A DNA stretch of 64,000 bases. Source: an uncultured Chloroflexia bacterium. GTDB taxonomy: Bacteria; Chloroflexota; Anaerolineae; JAAYZQ01. Numbering within the stretch: position 1 is the first letter of the stretch; every line of letters starts with the position of its first letter. The notes beneath the pieces were generated by a model. The model saw only the letters and a program-made list of their open reading frames with translations, did no database searches and had not been told where the DNA came from. The position numbers were made by a program, and so were the translations under genes. Where the stretch lies: assembly GCA_963783445.1 (NCBI GenBank), contig CAWANP010000020.1, positions 651,973 through 715,972 on the forward strand, in the 5' to 3' direction. Below, piece by piece: positions 43,299-53,137 of this stretch.

Positions 43299-43915
43299 GC
43301 ATCGTCACAGAACGAACATGGCTGGCCCCGTTGGACTCCATCAAGTCGAGGACTTCCATCGTACCCTCAGACTTTGACCTCGCTCCTCACGTTCTCGCCC
43401 ATGTAGGCCATAGCCCAGGCCGGACGAAAGCTCATGGCCAGAACACTGAGGCCTCCGCTACCGGATATGGCCAGGAAGAGATTTCACATCGGCTGCATGA
43501 GATTTTGGGGAGAAACATGAGAGCCAAGGGTGGCCCCTGTACCCTTGGCTCTCAATCAAAAGGAGGAGAAGAGATACCAAAAATAAGCATGACCCATGTT
43601 GACCTCCAGACGGATGGTCCTACCCATTTGTAGTTCCTGGCCCTGAGGTTGCTCGCCCGCCATGGGCCATGCCCCTTTTGGTGAAAGCATCATACCACAA
43701 AGCTGTAAGTCGTGCTGGATGGACGCTTGACGACTACCCTACGCCCGACAGACGTACTCGCTACACGGGCTGTGCGCGCGCAGGATTGCGGCTGTGAGAA
43801 GCTATTCTGTGTGTTGTGGTTGACTTCTTACTAATACATCGAATTTCCCACCAATTGCATTGGCGACATGGCCGCTCTGCTCAGGATGACAGATCGTCCG
43901 GTTAAGTTCTGTGGC

Positions 43916-44284
43916 TCAAGGGGAACCAGGTGGTGGCGGTGGTCCAGGTGGTGGCGGTCCCGGAGGCGGAGGCGGTGGTGCCCCTGGTGGAGGCGGTCCT
44001 GGAGGCGGAGGTGGTGGTGACCCCGGCGGAGGCGGTCCTGGAGGCGGAGGTGGTGGTGCCCCTGGTGGAGGCGGTCCCGGAGGCAGAGGTGGTGGCGCCC
44101 CTGGTGGAGGCGGTGGTGACCCCGGCGGTGGCGGCGGAGGCCCTGGCGGTGGCGGCGGAGGCCCTGGCGGTGGTGGTGGCGGTGGTGGTGGTGGTGGTGG
44201 CGGTGGCGGTGGTGGCGGGAAGGGGCTCATGCCAATAGTCTCAAGTTCCATTGCAGTTTCCCTCCTTTGGCTGGGTCCTATCAA
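43916..44284 (-). CDS. Putative proline-rich small protein encoded by the repeat (M/ELETIGMS + ~110 aa P/G-rich)
   Basis: On the minus strand, AAAGGAGGG sits 6 nt upstream of an ATG (MELETIGMSPFPPPPPP...). The ORF table begins it at an upstream TTG. Confidence 0.3.
   Translation of the reverse strand: MIGPSQRRETAMELETIGMSPFPPPPPPPPPPPPPPPPPPGPPPPPPGPPPPPPGSPPPPPGAPPPLPPGPPPPGAPPPPPPGPPPPGSPPPPPPGPPPPGAPPPPPPGPPPPGPPPPPGSP
43918..44230. repeat. (GGN)n microsatellite with a higher-order ~66-bp periodicity
   Basis: About 320 bp of GGTGGTGGCGGN units. It reads poly-Gly on the + strand and poly-Pro on the - strand. Confidence 0.85.
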
Positions 44285-44526
44285 TATATTACAGAGTAGT
44301 ATCTCAGGCCCAGTCTCAATCCGTGATACCTTGGTTCATCTTCGGATCTGCTCAGATCTGGCCTGGCGATACGGTCTGCGGTTGCCTGATTATACTACAG
44401 GTTAGGCGTGAAGGCAATCACTGTACAAGTCCGCCAGGCTTTGACAAGCCCTTCTGCCCGTGGTACACTGTAGCCCCATACGGTCTGCTGCAAATCATAG
44501 CCGTATGACTAGACAGGACTCAAGTC

Positions 44527-45861
44527 ATGAACTACTATCTCGAGTCGCTAGGTTGCCCCAAGAATCTGGTAGATGCCCAGGGGATGGCCCGGCTGCTCAA
44601 ACACCTGGGACACCGGCCAGTCGATGATCCACAACAAGCCCAGGTACTCATCGTGAATACATGTGGGTTCATCGAGGATGCCCGCCAAGAATCAATAGGC
44701 GAATTGAGGCAGTTGGCTCGCCAAAAACGCCCGGACCAGATGCTTGTCGCTGCTGGATGTCTGTCTCAACGATGGGGGGAGTCACTAGTCGAGGTTGTAC
44801 CGGGCCTCGACGCACTCCTGGGTACGCGCCGCTGGAATGAGATAGGGACGCTGGTCCAAGATCTCCAGGATGCTCGAGGCTCGCAGCCCAAGAGCTACCT
44901 ATCCTTGCCTGGCGAGCCAATCCTCGCGACGGAGGGTAGCGGCCCGCGTACGGCCAGCCAGGGTGCTTCCGCCTATCTCAAAATCGCCGATGGCTGCAGC
45001 GCCCCCTGCGCATTCTGTGCCATTCCGCTCATCAAGGGTCCTGCGGTCAGTCGACCGCCGGGGGAAGTGATCGAGGATGCCGTCCATCTCGTCCGGCAGC
45101 AGGGGATCAAGGAGATCATCCTCATTGCTCAGGATACGACTGCCTACGGTCATGACAGGGGCGAAAGGGACGCTCTGCCAGACCTGGCCCAGAAGATCTT
45201 GGATGCTGTCCCGGATCTGGGCTGGCTGAGGTTGATGTATGCCTATCCAGGGCACGTCAGCCCCCGCCTGATCGAGGTCATGGCCAGTGACGCGCGCTTT
45301 TGCAACTACCTTGACCTACCACTGCAGCATGCCCATCCTGATGTCCTGCGGCGTATGAAGCGCCCTTCCAGAATAGATCGCACCAGGAGGCTCATTGCCG
45401 ACCTTCGGACTGCTATCCCTGACGTAGCCTTACGCACGTCCTTCATTGTTGGCTATCCAGGGGAAACAGATGAGGAATTCCAGGCGCTCCTAGAGTTTGC
45501 AGCAGAGAGTCGCTTCGACCGGGTTGGTGTATTCACCTTCTCTCCTGAGGATGGGACCGCCGCCTCTGCTCTGGCCGATCCCGTTCCATTTGAGCTCAGG
45601 GCGGAGCGGCACGATCGTTTGATGGCCTTACAGCAGCCAATATCCCTGGAACGGAACCAGAGCCAGGTGGGACGTACGCTGGATGTGTTGGTGGAGGGAA
45701 GGGGGGATGGGTTGAGTGTGGGGCGATCCTATCGGGATGCACCGGAGGTCGATGGTCTGGTCTTGCTGCCCGGCGATGTATCTGTGGGCGCAATGGTGCC
45801 GGTGCGCATCAACAGCGCGATGGAGTATGATCTGATTGGCGAGATGGTTCCTGCTCCCTAG
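44527..45861 (+). CDS. rimO: Ribosomal protein S12 methylthiotransferase
   Basis: MTTase N-domain (LGCPKNLVDAQ), radical SAM CSAPCAFC and a C-terminal TRAM domain. Confidence 0.85.
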   Translation: MNYYLESLGCPKNLVDAQGMARLLKHLGHRPVDDPQQAQVLIVNTCGFIEDARQESIGELRQLARQKRPDQMLVAAGCLSQRWGESLVEVVPGLDALLGTRRWNEIGTLVQDLQDARGSQPKSYLSLPGEPILATEGSGPRTASQGASAYLKIADGCSAPCAFCAIPLIKGPAVSRPPGEVIEDAVHLVRQQGIKEIILIAQDTTAYGHDRGERDALPDLAQKILDAVPDLGWLRLMYAYPGHVSPRLIEVMASDARFCNYLDLPLQHAHPDVLRRMKRPSRIDRTRRLIADLRTAIPDVALRTSFIVGYPGETDEEFQALLEFAAESRFDRVGVFTFSPEDGTAASALADPVPFELRAERHDRLMALQQPISLERNQSQVGRTLDVLVEGRGDGLSVGRSYRDAPEVDGLVLLPGDVSVGAMVPVRINSAMEYDLIGEMVPAP

Positions 45862-46565
45862 CCCATCGGGCCAAAGATCTGGGAAAGGCAGCCGGGCCGC
45901 TTGCTGGATTCCTTGGGTTTTGCGGGCTGGGGGCGCTTGACTTGGGAAGTCTGTTGGCGAACCTGACCCTCCAGTTCCTGTAAGCGGGCGTCCAGGGTTT
46001 CGCGCCGTGTAGCATCCAGCCGACGTATCTCGGCCAGGTCACGCTCCAACTCGAGCATGCGGTCCCGTAACTTGCCATTTTCCTCTTTGAGGCTAAAGTT
46101 GTCCTGAAGAACGACAGTCAGAAGATCACGGTTGGCTTGTTGGCTGCCCAACAGCATCTGCTGGCCATCAGCAACGGTGTGAAGGGTGTCTGCCAGGACG
46201 GCCACTGCCGGAGCGGCGGTGAATGGTTGCTGGAGCGACGGCCCCAGAATCGTGACGTGAGAGTCGTCCATCTGTTCTTCGACCACGTCGCCGACGTCCT
46301 GGCGCAGACGCAGCGCTTCCAGCCGCCTGCCGACCTGGATGTAGGTCAAGCCCTCGGCCAGCAGGCCCTTGATGGTCATTAGTGTTTCCAGATCGTCGTC
46401 AGTGTAACGGCGGTGGGCGGCCTGTCCCCCGGCTTCCGGCTGGGGGCGGCCAGCCATGTCCGACAGGTAGTCTGTGAATTCGTTGGACCACCTGCGCAGC
46501 GTGGAGGGTGATACTTGCAGTTGGTTTGCCACCTCATTGGGTAGGCGATATCGTGTGTCGCTCAT
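45858..46565 (-). CDS. MerR-family transcriptional regulator with long coiled-coil C-terminus
   Basis: HTH YRLPNEVANQLQVSPSTLRRWSNEF followed by a predicted coiled coil. Confidence 0.6.
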   Translation of the reverse strand: MSDTRYRLPNEVANQLQVSPSTLRRWSNEFTDYLSDMAGRPQPEAGGQAAHRRYTDDDLETLMTIKGLLAEGLTYIQVGRRLEALRLRQDVGDVVEEQMDDSHVTILGPSLQQPFTAAPAVAVLADTLHTVADGQQMLLGSQQANRDLLTVVLQDNFSLKEENGKLRDRMLELERDLAEIRRLDATRRETLDARLQELEGQVRQQTSQVKRPQPAKPKESSKRPGCLSQIFGPMG

Positions 46566-46657
46566 AGGTCTCCCTTATTGCTTTTCAGAATGTGGCCCGT
46601 GACAAAGTACAAGTTGGGAGAGATCCCCCAACTTGTCCCAGTGGCCAAAGCGGTGTT

Positions 46658-47139
46658 CTATTCCATGTCTGGATCGATGATGCGATAAGATGCGTCTATG
46701 GTAGACCCGGTCGCTGGCTCGTCTTCGGAGTACATGCTCTCTTTTCGACCCAACAGGTCTTCCATGTGTTCGCGGACAACACCTTGTGGGCTGAGATCCA
46801 CAAAAGCCTTGAGCGCAAGCAAGAGTACCACGACGTCATCTATTTCACCAAGGCCGGGCAGCATCAGATCGGGGATCAGATCGATGGGTGACAGAAAATA
46901 GAGGAAGGCTGCAAAAGGAATCAACTTGACCCAGCCAGGGACGCGGCCATCGTGTAGCAATCGCCATCCCAAACGGGCTTGCTTAAACAGGCCGCCAAAG
47001 GTGCCTGCTGTCTGCTGTAGATCAGATTCTGATGAGTAATCGTTCACAAAGTATCTCCTGACACGCCCACGGGTCGGATGAAGGAGCGGGCGAATTGCCC
47101 TGCATCGCTCAGACGACACATGGGCGCCATTATACATAG
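46658..47139 (-). CDS. DUF1232 (YkvA-like) membrane protein
   Basis: KLIPFAAFLYFLSPIDLIPDLMLPGLGEIDDVVVLLLAL. Probable start at MYNGAH (47139). Confidence 0.55.
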
Positions 47140-47169
47140 GCCTGGATGTTTTGGCAAGAATGAGGACTC

Positions 47170-48864
47170 TTGCGGATGTACCAACTACATCGCTTCCTGA
47201 TTGACTATGACATGAATATGCTGCGCGCTCTGGCCCACAACCGGGGCGCAACATTGACCACCAATCGGCAGCCCGAGGCCGTTGACCAGTTGGCTACAGC
47301 CCTGCTTGAGCCGCTGTCGGTGAGATCGGCTCTGGCCCGCCTCAGCCCAGAAGGGCGCCAAGCTCTGGATGCGCTGTTGGCGGCTGGCGGACGGCTGCTC
47401 GCTCCACATTTTGCCCGGCGTTTTGGGCAGGTACGGCCCATTGGCCCAGGGCGCCTGGAACGAGAGACGCTGTGGCAGGACCCTGCCAATCCCGCCGAAG
47501 AGCTGTGGTACGCAGGGCTCAGCTTCCGTGCTTTTGCCGAAGGAAAAGCTGGACCGGCCGAGTTTATCCATATTCCCCAAGACCTGATCCTTCTGCTACC
47601 CCAACCCCAACGTGTTGAGGAAAGCTTTGTCGTCGAGACGGTTTCCCCGCCGGCCCACGAGGAGAACGGAGGATCATCTCTGGTCCGAGACATGTTCTCC
47701 TACCTGGTCCATCTTCAGGCCCACGATGTAAAGACCTACGCTGATGGCCGTCTTGGGCGTAGCGATGTGGTCAGCCTTCGCAGTCGCCTGCAAGATGGCG
47801 ATGAGCGCCGTCTGACCCTTCTACTCCACCTGGCTGGACGGCTGGGTTTTGTCTCCCGTCAGGGTGAGTTCCTGAGTCTAGAAAGAGCGCCGGTCAAACG
47901 CTGGCTGAGCGCGTCGCCGACCTTTCAACTAAGTGCACTGCAAGAAGCCTGGCGTAGCGATCCCACCTGGAACGATCTATGCCACGTGCCCAGCCTCGTA
48001 TGCGATCTAGAGACCGGCTGGCACCTTCGATACGATGCTGTTGCAGCCCGGAAGGCGTTTCTTGCGCTGCTAGCCCACTGCCCCCGGGATGCCTGGTGGT
48101 CGCTGGACTCACTCGTGAAGGCGGTCAAAGAGACTCACCCCGACTTTCAGCGGCCCGATGGTGACTATACGAGCTGGTACATACGGGATGCTTCCAGTGG
48201 AGACTATCTCTCCGGCTATGGGGCGTGGGACCACGTGGAAGGGGCTCTCATCACGAATTTGCTTGCTGAGCCGATTCGCTGGTTGGATATCGTGGCTACA
48301 GCAACGGACGATTCTCAAATTTCATGTCGCCTCACAGAGGCAGGGATCCGTTTCCTGGGTCTGGTGCCTGACGAGCCAGAGGAATCATCCTCGCCTCCCA
48401 TCGTCGTCCATCCTGACTTCCATGTCGATGTGCCAGCGCCGGCCAATCTATATACGCGTTTTCAACTGGAACGTTTCGCTGAACTGGTGTGCGAGGAGCC
48501 CTGCCGCTATACCCTGACGGTCGGCAGCTTGGGCCGGGCGCTGGCCCGGGATATCCAGGTTGAGCAGGTGCTGGCCTTTCTGCAACAGGCCAGTGGGAAG
48601 CAAGTCCCCGTCAATCTGGCAGGCCAGCTCCGCCTATGGGCCGGCAGATTTGGCCAGGTAGAATTGGAGGAGGTTGCACTTCTGAGGGTGAAAAACGAGC
48701 GGGTGCTGAGGGATCTATCGGTGCTGCCCGAAACTCGGGGGCTGATTGCCCAGGTTGTGACACCATCTACTGCCCTTGTCCACAAGCGAGACCTGCCTCG
48801 CCTGCGAAAGGTACTACGCACCCTGGGCTACCTGCCGCCGCCCGATAAGCAAGCCCACGGTTGA
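47170..48864 (+). CDS. Hypothetical protein (564 aa, soluble, no recognisable catalytic motif)
   Basis: Intact long ORF with coding-like codon usage. No P-loop, metal-binding or TM motifs are visible. Confidence 0.5.
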   Translation: MRMYQLHRFLIDYDMNMLRALAHNRGATLTTNRQPEAVDQLATALLEPLSVRSALARLSPEGRQALDALLAAGGRLLAPHFARRFGQVRPIGPGRLERETLWQDPANPAEELWYAGLSFRAFAEGKAGPAEFIHIPQDLILLLPQPQRVEESFVVETVSPPAHEENGGSSLVRDMFSYLVHLQAHDVKTYADGRLGRSDVVSLRSRLQDGDERRLTLLLHLAGRLGFVSRQGEFLSLERAPVKRWLSASPTFQLSALQEAWRSDPTWNDLCHVPSLVCDLETGWHLRYDAVAARKAFLALLAHCPRDAWWSLDSLVKAVKETHPDFQRPDGDYTSWYIRDASSGDYLSGYGAWDHVEGALITNLLAEPIRWLDIVATATDDSQISCRLTEAGIRFLGLVPDEPEESSSPPIVVHPDFHVDVPAPANLYTRFQLERFAELVCEEPCRYTLTVGSLGRALARDIQVEQVLAFLQQASGKQVPVNLAGQLRLWAGRFGQVELEEVALLRVKNERVLRDLSVLPETRGLIAQVVTPSTALVHKRDLPRLRKVLRTLGYLPPPDKQAHG

Positions 48865-49037
48865 TCCCTCCATGGCAGGGTGAGATGCCGACCCAGACAC
48901 TTTGCAGCCTGGGTCCGTACTGGGCCGTCGTGCCCAGATTCTCTTGGTGACGGCCCTGGAGCATCCGGACTGCCCACACGTTCCCTGGGTTTATGTGATC
49001 TTGGCTCTGGCATACGGTTGACAAAGTAGGCCGGAGC

Positions 49038-49865
49038 ATGTATCATTGTTCCGGCGGCATGTATCTTGCCAGAAGGGGACACGCTCAAGTGGCAGACACC
49101 CAACCGTTCCTGTCGGTTATCATCCCTTGCTACAATGAAGAAAAGAACCTGGAGCGAGGGGTACTGGAAGAAGTGAACCAGTACCTGGCGGCCCAGGCGT
49201 TTTCCTGGGAAGTGATCGTCGTCAACGATGAATCCACCGACAACAGCCGAAGCCTGGTTGAGCAGAGCATCCAGGACAAGCAGGGCTTTGCTCTGGTGGA
49301 CATCCCTCACGGCGGAAAACCAGCGGCCCTTTGGGCTGGGATTCAGAAAGCAGCGGGCGAGGCCCTTCTCTTCACTGACATGGACCAGTCCACGCCGATC
49401 AGCGAACTGGAAATACTCTTGCCCTGGTCTGAAGAGGGCTTTGACGTAGTCATTGGCTCCCGAAACACCACGCGCGAGGGTTCTTCCCTGGTTAGAAAGA
49501 CCGGTAGTTTTGTCTTTCTGTCCCTTCGGCGTATCTTCCTGCTACGAGACATTGTCGACACGCAATGCGGTTTCAAGCTGTGCCGTCGTCAGGTGGCACT
49601 AGAGATCTTTCCATACCTCGAGTTTCTAAGACAGGAGGAACAGCCGGCCGGCTGGAAAGTCACGGCCTATGACGTCGAGTTCCTGCATCTGGTCGATAGA
49701 GCTGGTTACAGGATCAAAGAAGTCAAGGTCCAATGGAGCAATCGTGACGAAAGCGATACAAAGAGCCAGGGGGGAGATCTGACTCGCTATATGACCGAAT
49801 CGATGCAAATGGCTCAAGAGGTCACTCGCGTGAAACGGAACCAGCTCAAGGGTCTCTACGACTAG
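49038..49865 (+). CDS. Family 2 glycosyltransferase (polyprenol-phosphate sugar synthase-like)
   Basis: LSVIIPCYNEEKNL ... VVNDESTDNS ... DMDQSTP (DxD). Confidence 0.75.
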   Translation: MYHCSGGMYLARRGHAQVADTQPFLSVIIPCYNEEKNLERGVLEEVNQYLAAQAFSWEVIVVNDESTDNSRSLVEQSIQDKQGFALVDIPHGGKPAALWAGIQKAAGEALLFTDMDQSTPISELEILLPWSEEGFDVVIGSRNTTREGSSLVRKTGSFVFLSLRRIFLLRDIVDTQCGFKLCRRQVALEIFPYLEFLRQEEQPAGWKVTAYDVEFLHLVDRAGYRIKEVKVQWSNRDESDTKSQGGDLTRYMTESMQMAQEVTRVKRNQLKGLYD

Positions 49866-50036
49866 AAATGACCTCCAAAGTCGTCCCAGCCATCTTGTTC
49901 CCAATCAATCACTGGTGCGCCCTGCCCGTGACTCTTTGCCCTTCCCTCTTTGTGATGCTACAGGAGCGCGCCATTGCGGGCCACTTTGCAGGGGATCAGT
50001 TGCATGCATCCTGGTGAGGCTGGACCATAGGCAGGC

Positions 50037-51215
50037 ATGGAAGGCATGAAACGCGCCGACTTTGACGTTATCGTCGTTGGCGCAGGGGCTGGGGGGGCAG
50101 CGTCCGCCTATTACTTGGGACAAGCCGGACTTGCAGTGCTGGTAGTGGACAAGGCTCACCTGCCACGCTACAAGGCCTGCGGCGGGGCGATCCCGCGCTC
50201 TACCCTGGATCGGTTCCCCTTCCCCTTTGAAGGCGTGATCCGGGCTGCGCCGAGAGAAGTCCGTCTGACTTTTCCTGGTTTGCCACCAGTGGACGCGCCA
50301 CTGCCTGAGCAGCCCATTGTCATGGTCCTGCGCAGCGAGTTTGATGCCTACCTGTTGGCCCGCTCGGATGCAGAGGTGCTGGCTGGTCAGGCAGTCACGA
50401 GTGTGACCGAAACGAGTGGCGCGGTACAGGTTCAGGTAGGCGAGCGGCAGATCACTGCCCGATACGTCGTAGCGGCTGATGGTGCAGCTTCAGCGGTGGC
50501 CCGGTGTCTGGGTCTGCGGCAGGACCGGCAACTGGGGGGCACGCTGGAGGCCGAAATTCCACTAAACGGCGACCGGTCTCTGCGAGCCGAGTATGGCAGT
50601 CGGGCGATCTTTTCCCTGGGCGCGATCCCGTGGGGCTATGCCTGGGTTTTTCCCAAGGGAGAGACATTGTCAGTGGGCATCGCGCATTTCTGTCCGGGGC
50701 GTGTCGATCTGCGTCTGGCACTGCGGAACGAGCTGGAGCGACTTGGCATCAAGCTGGACGGCGGGGAGCTTTATGGCCATCCGCTCCCCTGCTACCAGGC
50801 TCCACCCTGGCCCCTGTGGTATGGTCAGCCTCAAGAGAAGCTGTCCAGCCGGCGGTGCTTGTTGGTTGGGGATGCCGCGGGCTTGGTTGATCCGCTCATC
50901 GGTGAGGGCATTCGCTACGCCATCGCCAGCGCCCGGCTGGCATCAGAGGCCATCATCGCCGATGACCTTTCGGGCTACGAGGCGGCGGTTTGGCAGGAGA
51001 TCGGCCACAGCCTGGCCACAGCTGGGCTGACAGCCAACCTGTACTATCGCTGGCCCAAGCTGTGTGTCAATCTGGGCCTGCGCAACCCGGAGACAATCCG
51101 CCATTTTGTGGATATTTTTGCGGGACGGTCAAGCTACGAGGGCATGGGGCGGCGTCTGATCGCAACCACAGCGCGCTGGCAGTTGGGAGGACGGAAAACC
51201 GTAGGCGGCCGCTGA
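50037..51215 (+). CDS. Geranylgeranyl reductase family FAD-dependent oxidoreductase
   Basis: FDVIVVGAGAGGAASAYYL ... RYKACGGAIP ... LLVGDAAGLVDPLIGEGIRYA. Confidence 0.75.
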   Translation: MEGMKRADFDVIVVGAGAGGAASAYYLGQAGLAVLVVDKAHLPRYKACGGAIPRSTLDRFPFPFEGVIRAAPREVRLTFPGLPPVDAPLPEQPIVMVLRSEFDAYLLARSDAEVLAGQAVTSVTETSGAVQVQVGERQITARYVVAADGAASAVARCLGLRQDRQLGGTLEAEIPLNGDRSLRAEYGSRAIFSLGAIPWGYAWVFPKGETLSVGIAHFCPGRVDLRLALRNELERLGIKLDGGELYGHPLPCYQAPPWPLWYGQPQEKLSSRRCLLVGDAAGLVDPLIGEGIRYAIASARLASEAIIADDLSGYEAAVWQEIGHSLATAGLTANLYYRWPKLCVNLGLRNPETIRHFVDIFAGRSSYEGMGRRLIATTARWQLGGRKTVGGR

Positions 51216-51306
51216 TAGACGAAGGACGGATGACGAACTCCCAATCTCAAGTAATCTGCACATAGCGTTGAATCTTTGGTATGGTAGTATGCAAATTGGA
51301 GGGAAA

Positions 51307-51669
51307 ATGATCCAAGTTCGGGATTTCCAGGAAGTGGAAGGCACGCTAGAGGTCGAAGGGGTGACGATGCGCACTGTTATCGGGCCGGACGACGGTGCCC
51401 CGGTTTTCAACATGCGTGTCTTTGATGTGGAGCCGGGTTACGTTACACCCCATCACAGTCACTGGTGGGAGCACCAGGTCTTTGTGCTCTCGGGCCAGGG
51501 CATCGTCAAAACGGACCAGGGCGACCAGCCCATCGGCCACGGCAGTACCGTCTTTGTGCCGGGCGGTGATATGCACCAGTTCCGCAATACGGGCGACGAT
51601 GTCCTGCGCTTCATCTGCCTGATTCCTCAGGAGTGGCTCCATGAGCATCTCGTGGGGCGCAAAGCCTAG
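51307..51669 (+). CDS. Cupin domain protein
   Basis: PHHSHWWEHQVFVLSGQG ... GGDMHQFRNTG. Confidence 0.6.
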   Translation: MIQVRDFQEVEGTLEVEGVTMRTVIGPDDGAPVFNMRVFDVEPGYVTPHHSHWWEHQVFVLSGQGIVKTDQGDQPIGHGSTVFVPGGDMHQFRNTGDDVLRFICLIPQEWLHEHLVGRKA

Positions 51670-51674
51670 CCGCC

Positions 51675-52250
51675 TTGATACCAGATCGAATGAATAGCAC
51701 CGTCGAGAATGCGAGGAAGGCCGAGGTGGGCCTGCTAACCGGGCCGGTGGGCGTCGGAAAAACGACGGTCGCCGAGCGTGTGGTTGGTCTGGCGCGGCGG
51801 CAAGGGCTGGTTTGCGGCGGGCTGCTCGCCCCGGCGCTGATGAACAGTTGTGGCCAGAAGGCCGGTATCTGGGGGGTGGATATCCGCAGTGGCGAGCGCC
51901 GTATCCTGGCTCGGACCGATAGGGACCTGGGCGGGCCGCAGGTTGGCATCTATTCCTTCGAAACAACGGCGCTGGCCTGGACTGTCGATGTCGTAGATGG
52001 GGCCGTAGGCGCCTGCGACCTTTTGGTCGTGGACGAGATCGGCAAGCTAGAGCTATGGCGTGACATAGGCCTGTCCCCGGTTCTGCCCCGGCTGGTCTTG
52101 GGTGAGATTGACCGTTCCCTGGTCTTGGTCCGCGATTTTCTGCTGGCTGAGTTGCAGGAAAGGCTAGGTTCGGTAGACCAGGTCGTGTTTCAGGCCGCTG
52201 AGGACAACCGGGAGGAGTTGCCATCTCGGATCCTTGGCTGGTTTGCCTAG
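51675..52250 (+). CDS. P-loop NTPase (THEP1-like nucleoside-triphosphatase)
   Basis: Walker A LTGPVGVGKTT; Walker B with the family-typical LLVVDEIGKLEL. Confidence 0.5.
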   Translation: MIPDRMNSTVENARKAEVGLLTGPVGVGKTTVAERVVGLARRQGLVCGGLLAPALMNSCGQKAGIWGVDIRSGERRILARTDRDLGGPQVGIYSFETTALAWTVDVVDGAVGACDLLVVDEIGKLELWRDIGLSPVLPRLVLGEIDRSLVLVRDFLLAELQERLGSVDQVVFQAAEDNREELPSRILGWFA

Positions 52251-52418
52251 GTTCTGCAGTCGTGGACAGTTTGTAGCTGGTCAGGTATTTTCCGTGGGCT
52301 CGGAAGCCGGGCTGCAGTGCCAAGGCGAGGCTCTGTTTCAGCAGGTTTCCCAGCGAAAGGGTTTCACAGCCTGCGGGAAGGCGAAAATTGACGCCAAATC
52401 TATGAGGAGGAATTCAAG

Positions 52419-52952
52419 ATGACAAAGATCAAGATTGGAGACGCGGCGCTCGCCTTTGAGCTGCCGGGAGTGGATGACAAGACCCATTCACTGGCCGACA
52501 TCAGCGCTGGCAAGAAAGCGACGGTGGTGGTGTTCACCTGCAACCACTGCCCCTACGTGCTGGGCTGGATGGACCGGCTGATCGCAATAGCCAAGGACTA
52601 TGCTGGGCAGGGCGTAGCTTTTGCCGGCATCAATGCCAATGACCCCAACAAGTACCCGGTTGATAGCTTTGAGGGAATGAAGAAATTCGCGCAAGAGTAT
52701 GATCTGCCCTATCCCTATCTCCATGACGAGATGCAGGAGGTGGCCACGGCCTATGGCGCTGAGCGAACACCTGAGGTCTTTATGTTCGACGCCGATCTCA
52801 AGCTCCGCTATCATGGCGCCCCCGACGACAACTATGACGAAACACAGGCCACAGTGCCCTACTTGCAGAACGCGTTGGACGCGGTGCTGGCCGGCCAAGA
52901 GCCGCCCGTGGCGGACACACCGCCGGTGGGCTGTACCATCAAGTGGAAGTAG
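52419..52952 (+). CDS. Thioredoxin-fold (redoxin/TlpA-like) protein
   Basis: CNHCPYV active-site motif. RBS GAGGAGG upstream. Confidence 0.7.
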   Translation: MTKIKIGDAALAFELPGVDDKTHSLADISAGKKATVVVFTCNHCPYVLGWMDRLIAIAKDYAGQGVAFAGINANDPNKYPVDSFEGMKKFAQEYDLPYPYLHDEMQEVATAYGAERTPEVFMFDADLKLRYHGAPDDNYDETQATVPYLQNALDAVLAGQEPPVADTPPVGCTIKWK

Positions 52953-53038
52953 GGCGTCAGAAGTAGACTGCCAGCGTAGGTCAAACGTGATGCGTGAGCG
53001 GTAGGACGCGCTTTCGGCCTACATCCGCGCTGGATGCA

Positions 53039-53075
53039 GAGTCGGGGGTTCATAGAGAACCCTCGACTCTTTTGC
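53039..53075 (+). terminator. Rho-independent terminator after the thioredoxin-like gene
   Basis: GAGTCGGGGGTTC-ATAGA-GAACCCTCGACTC hairpin followed by TTTTGCC. Confidence 0.6.
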
Positions 53076-53137
53076 CAGAGATGGGTTGTTTTGGCCTCCT
53101 CATCGAGCTATGGTGAGCCGAACGGCGCAAGATCCGG

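Noticed and set aside
43300-43910. RNase P RNA, tmRNA or SRP RNA in the long intergenic gap
   Set aside because: None of the universally conserved blocks (GGAAAGTCCGG, tmRNA 3' tRNA-like end, SRP GGUGCUGUUUACC) were found by eye.
43911-44405. Plus-strand Gly-rich ORF over the microsatellite
   Set aside because: GTG start without an RBS. The minus-strand frame has a strong RBS and is the more plausible coding reading, if either is coding. Kept only as a repeat plus a low-confidence CDS.
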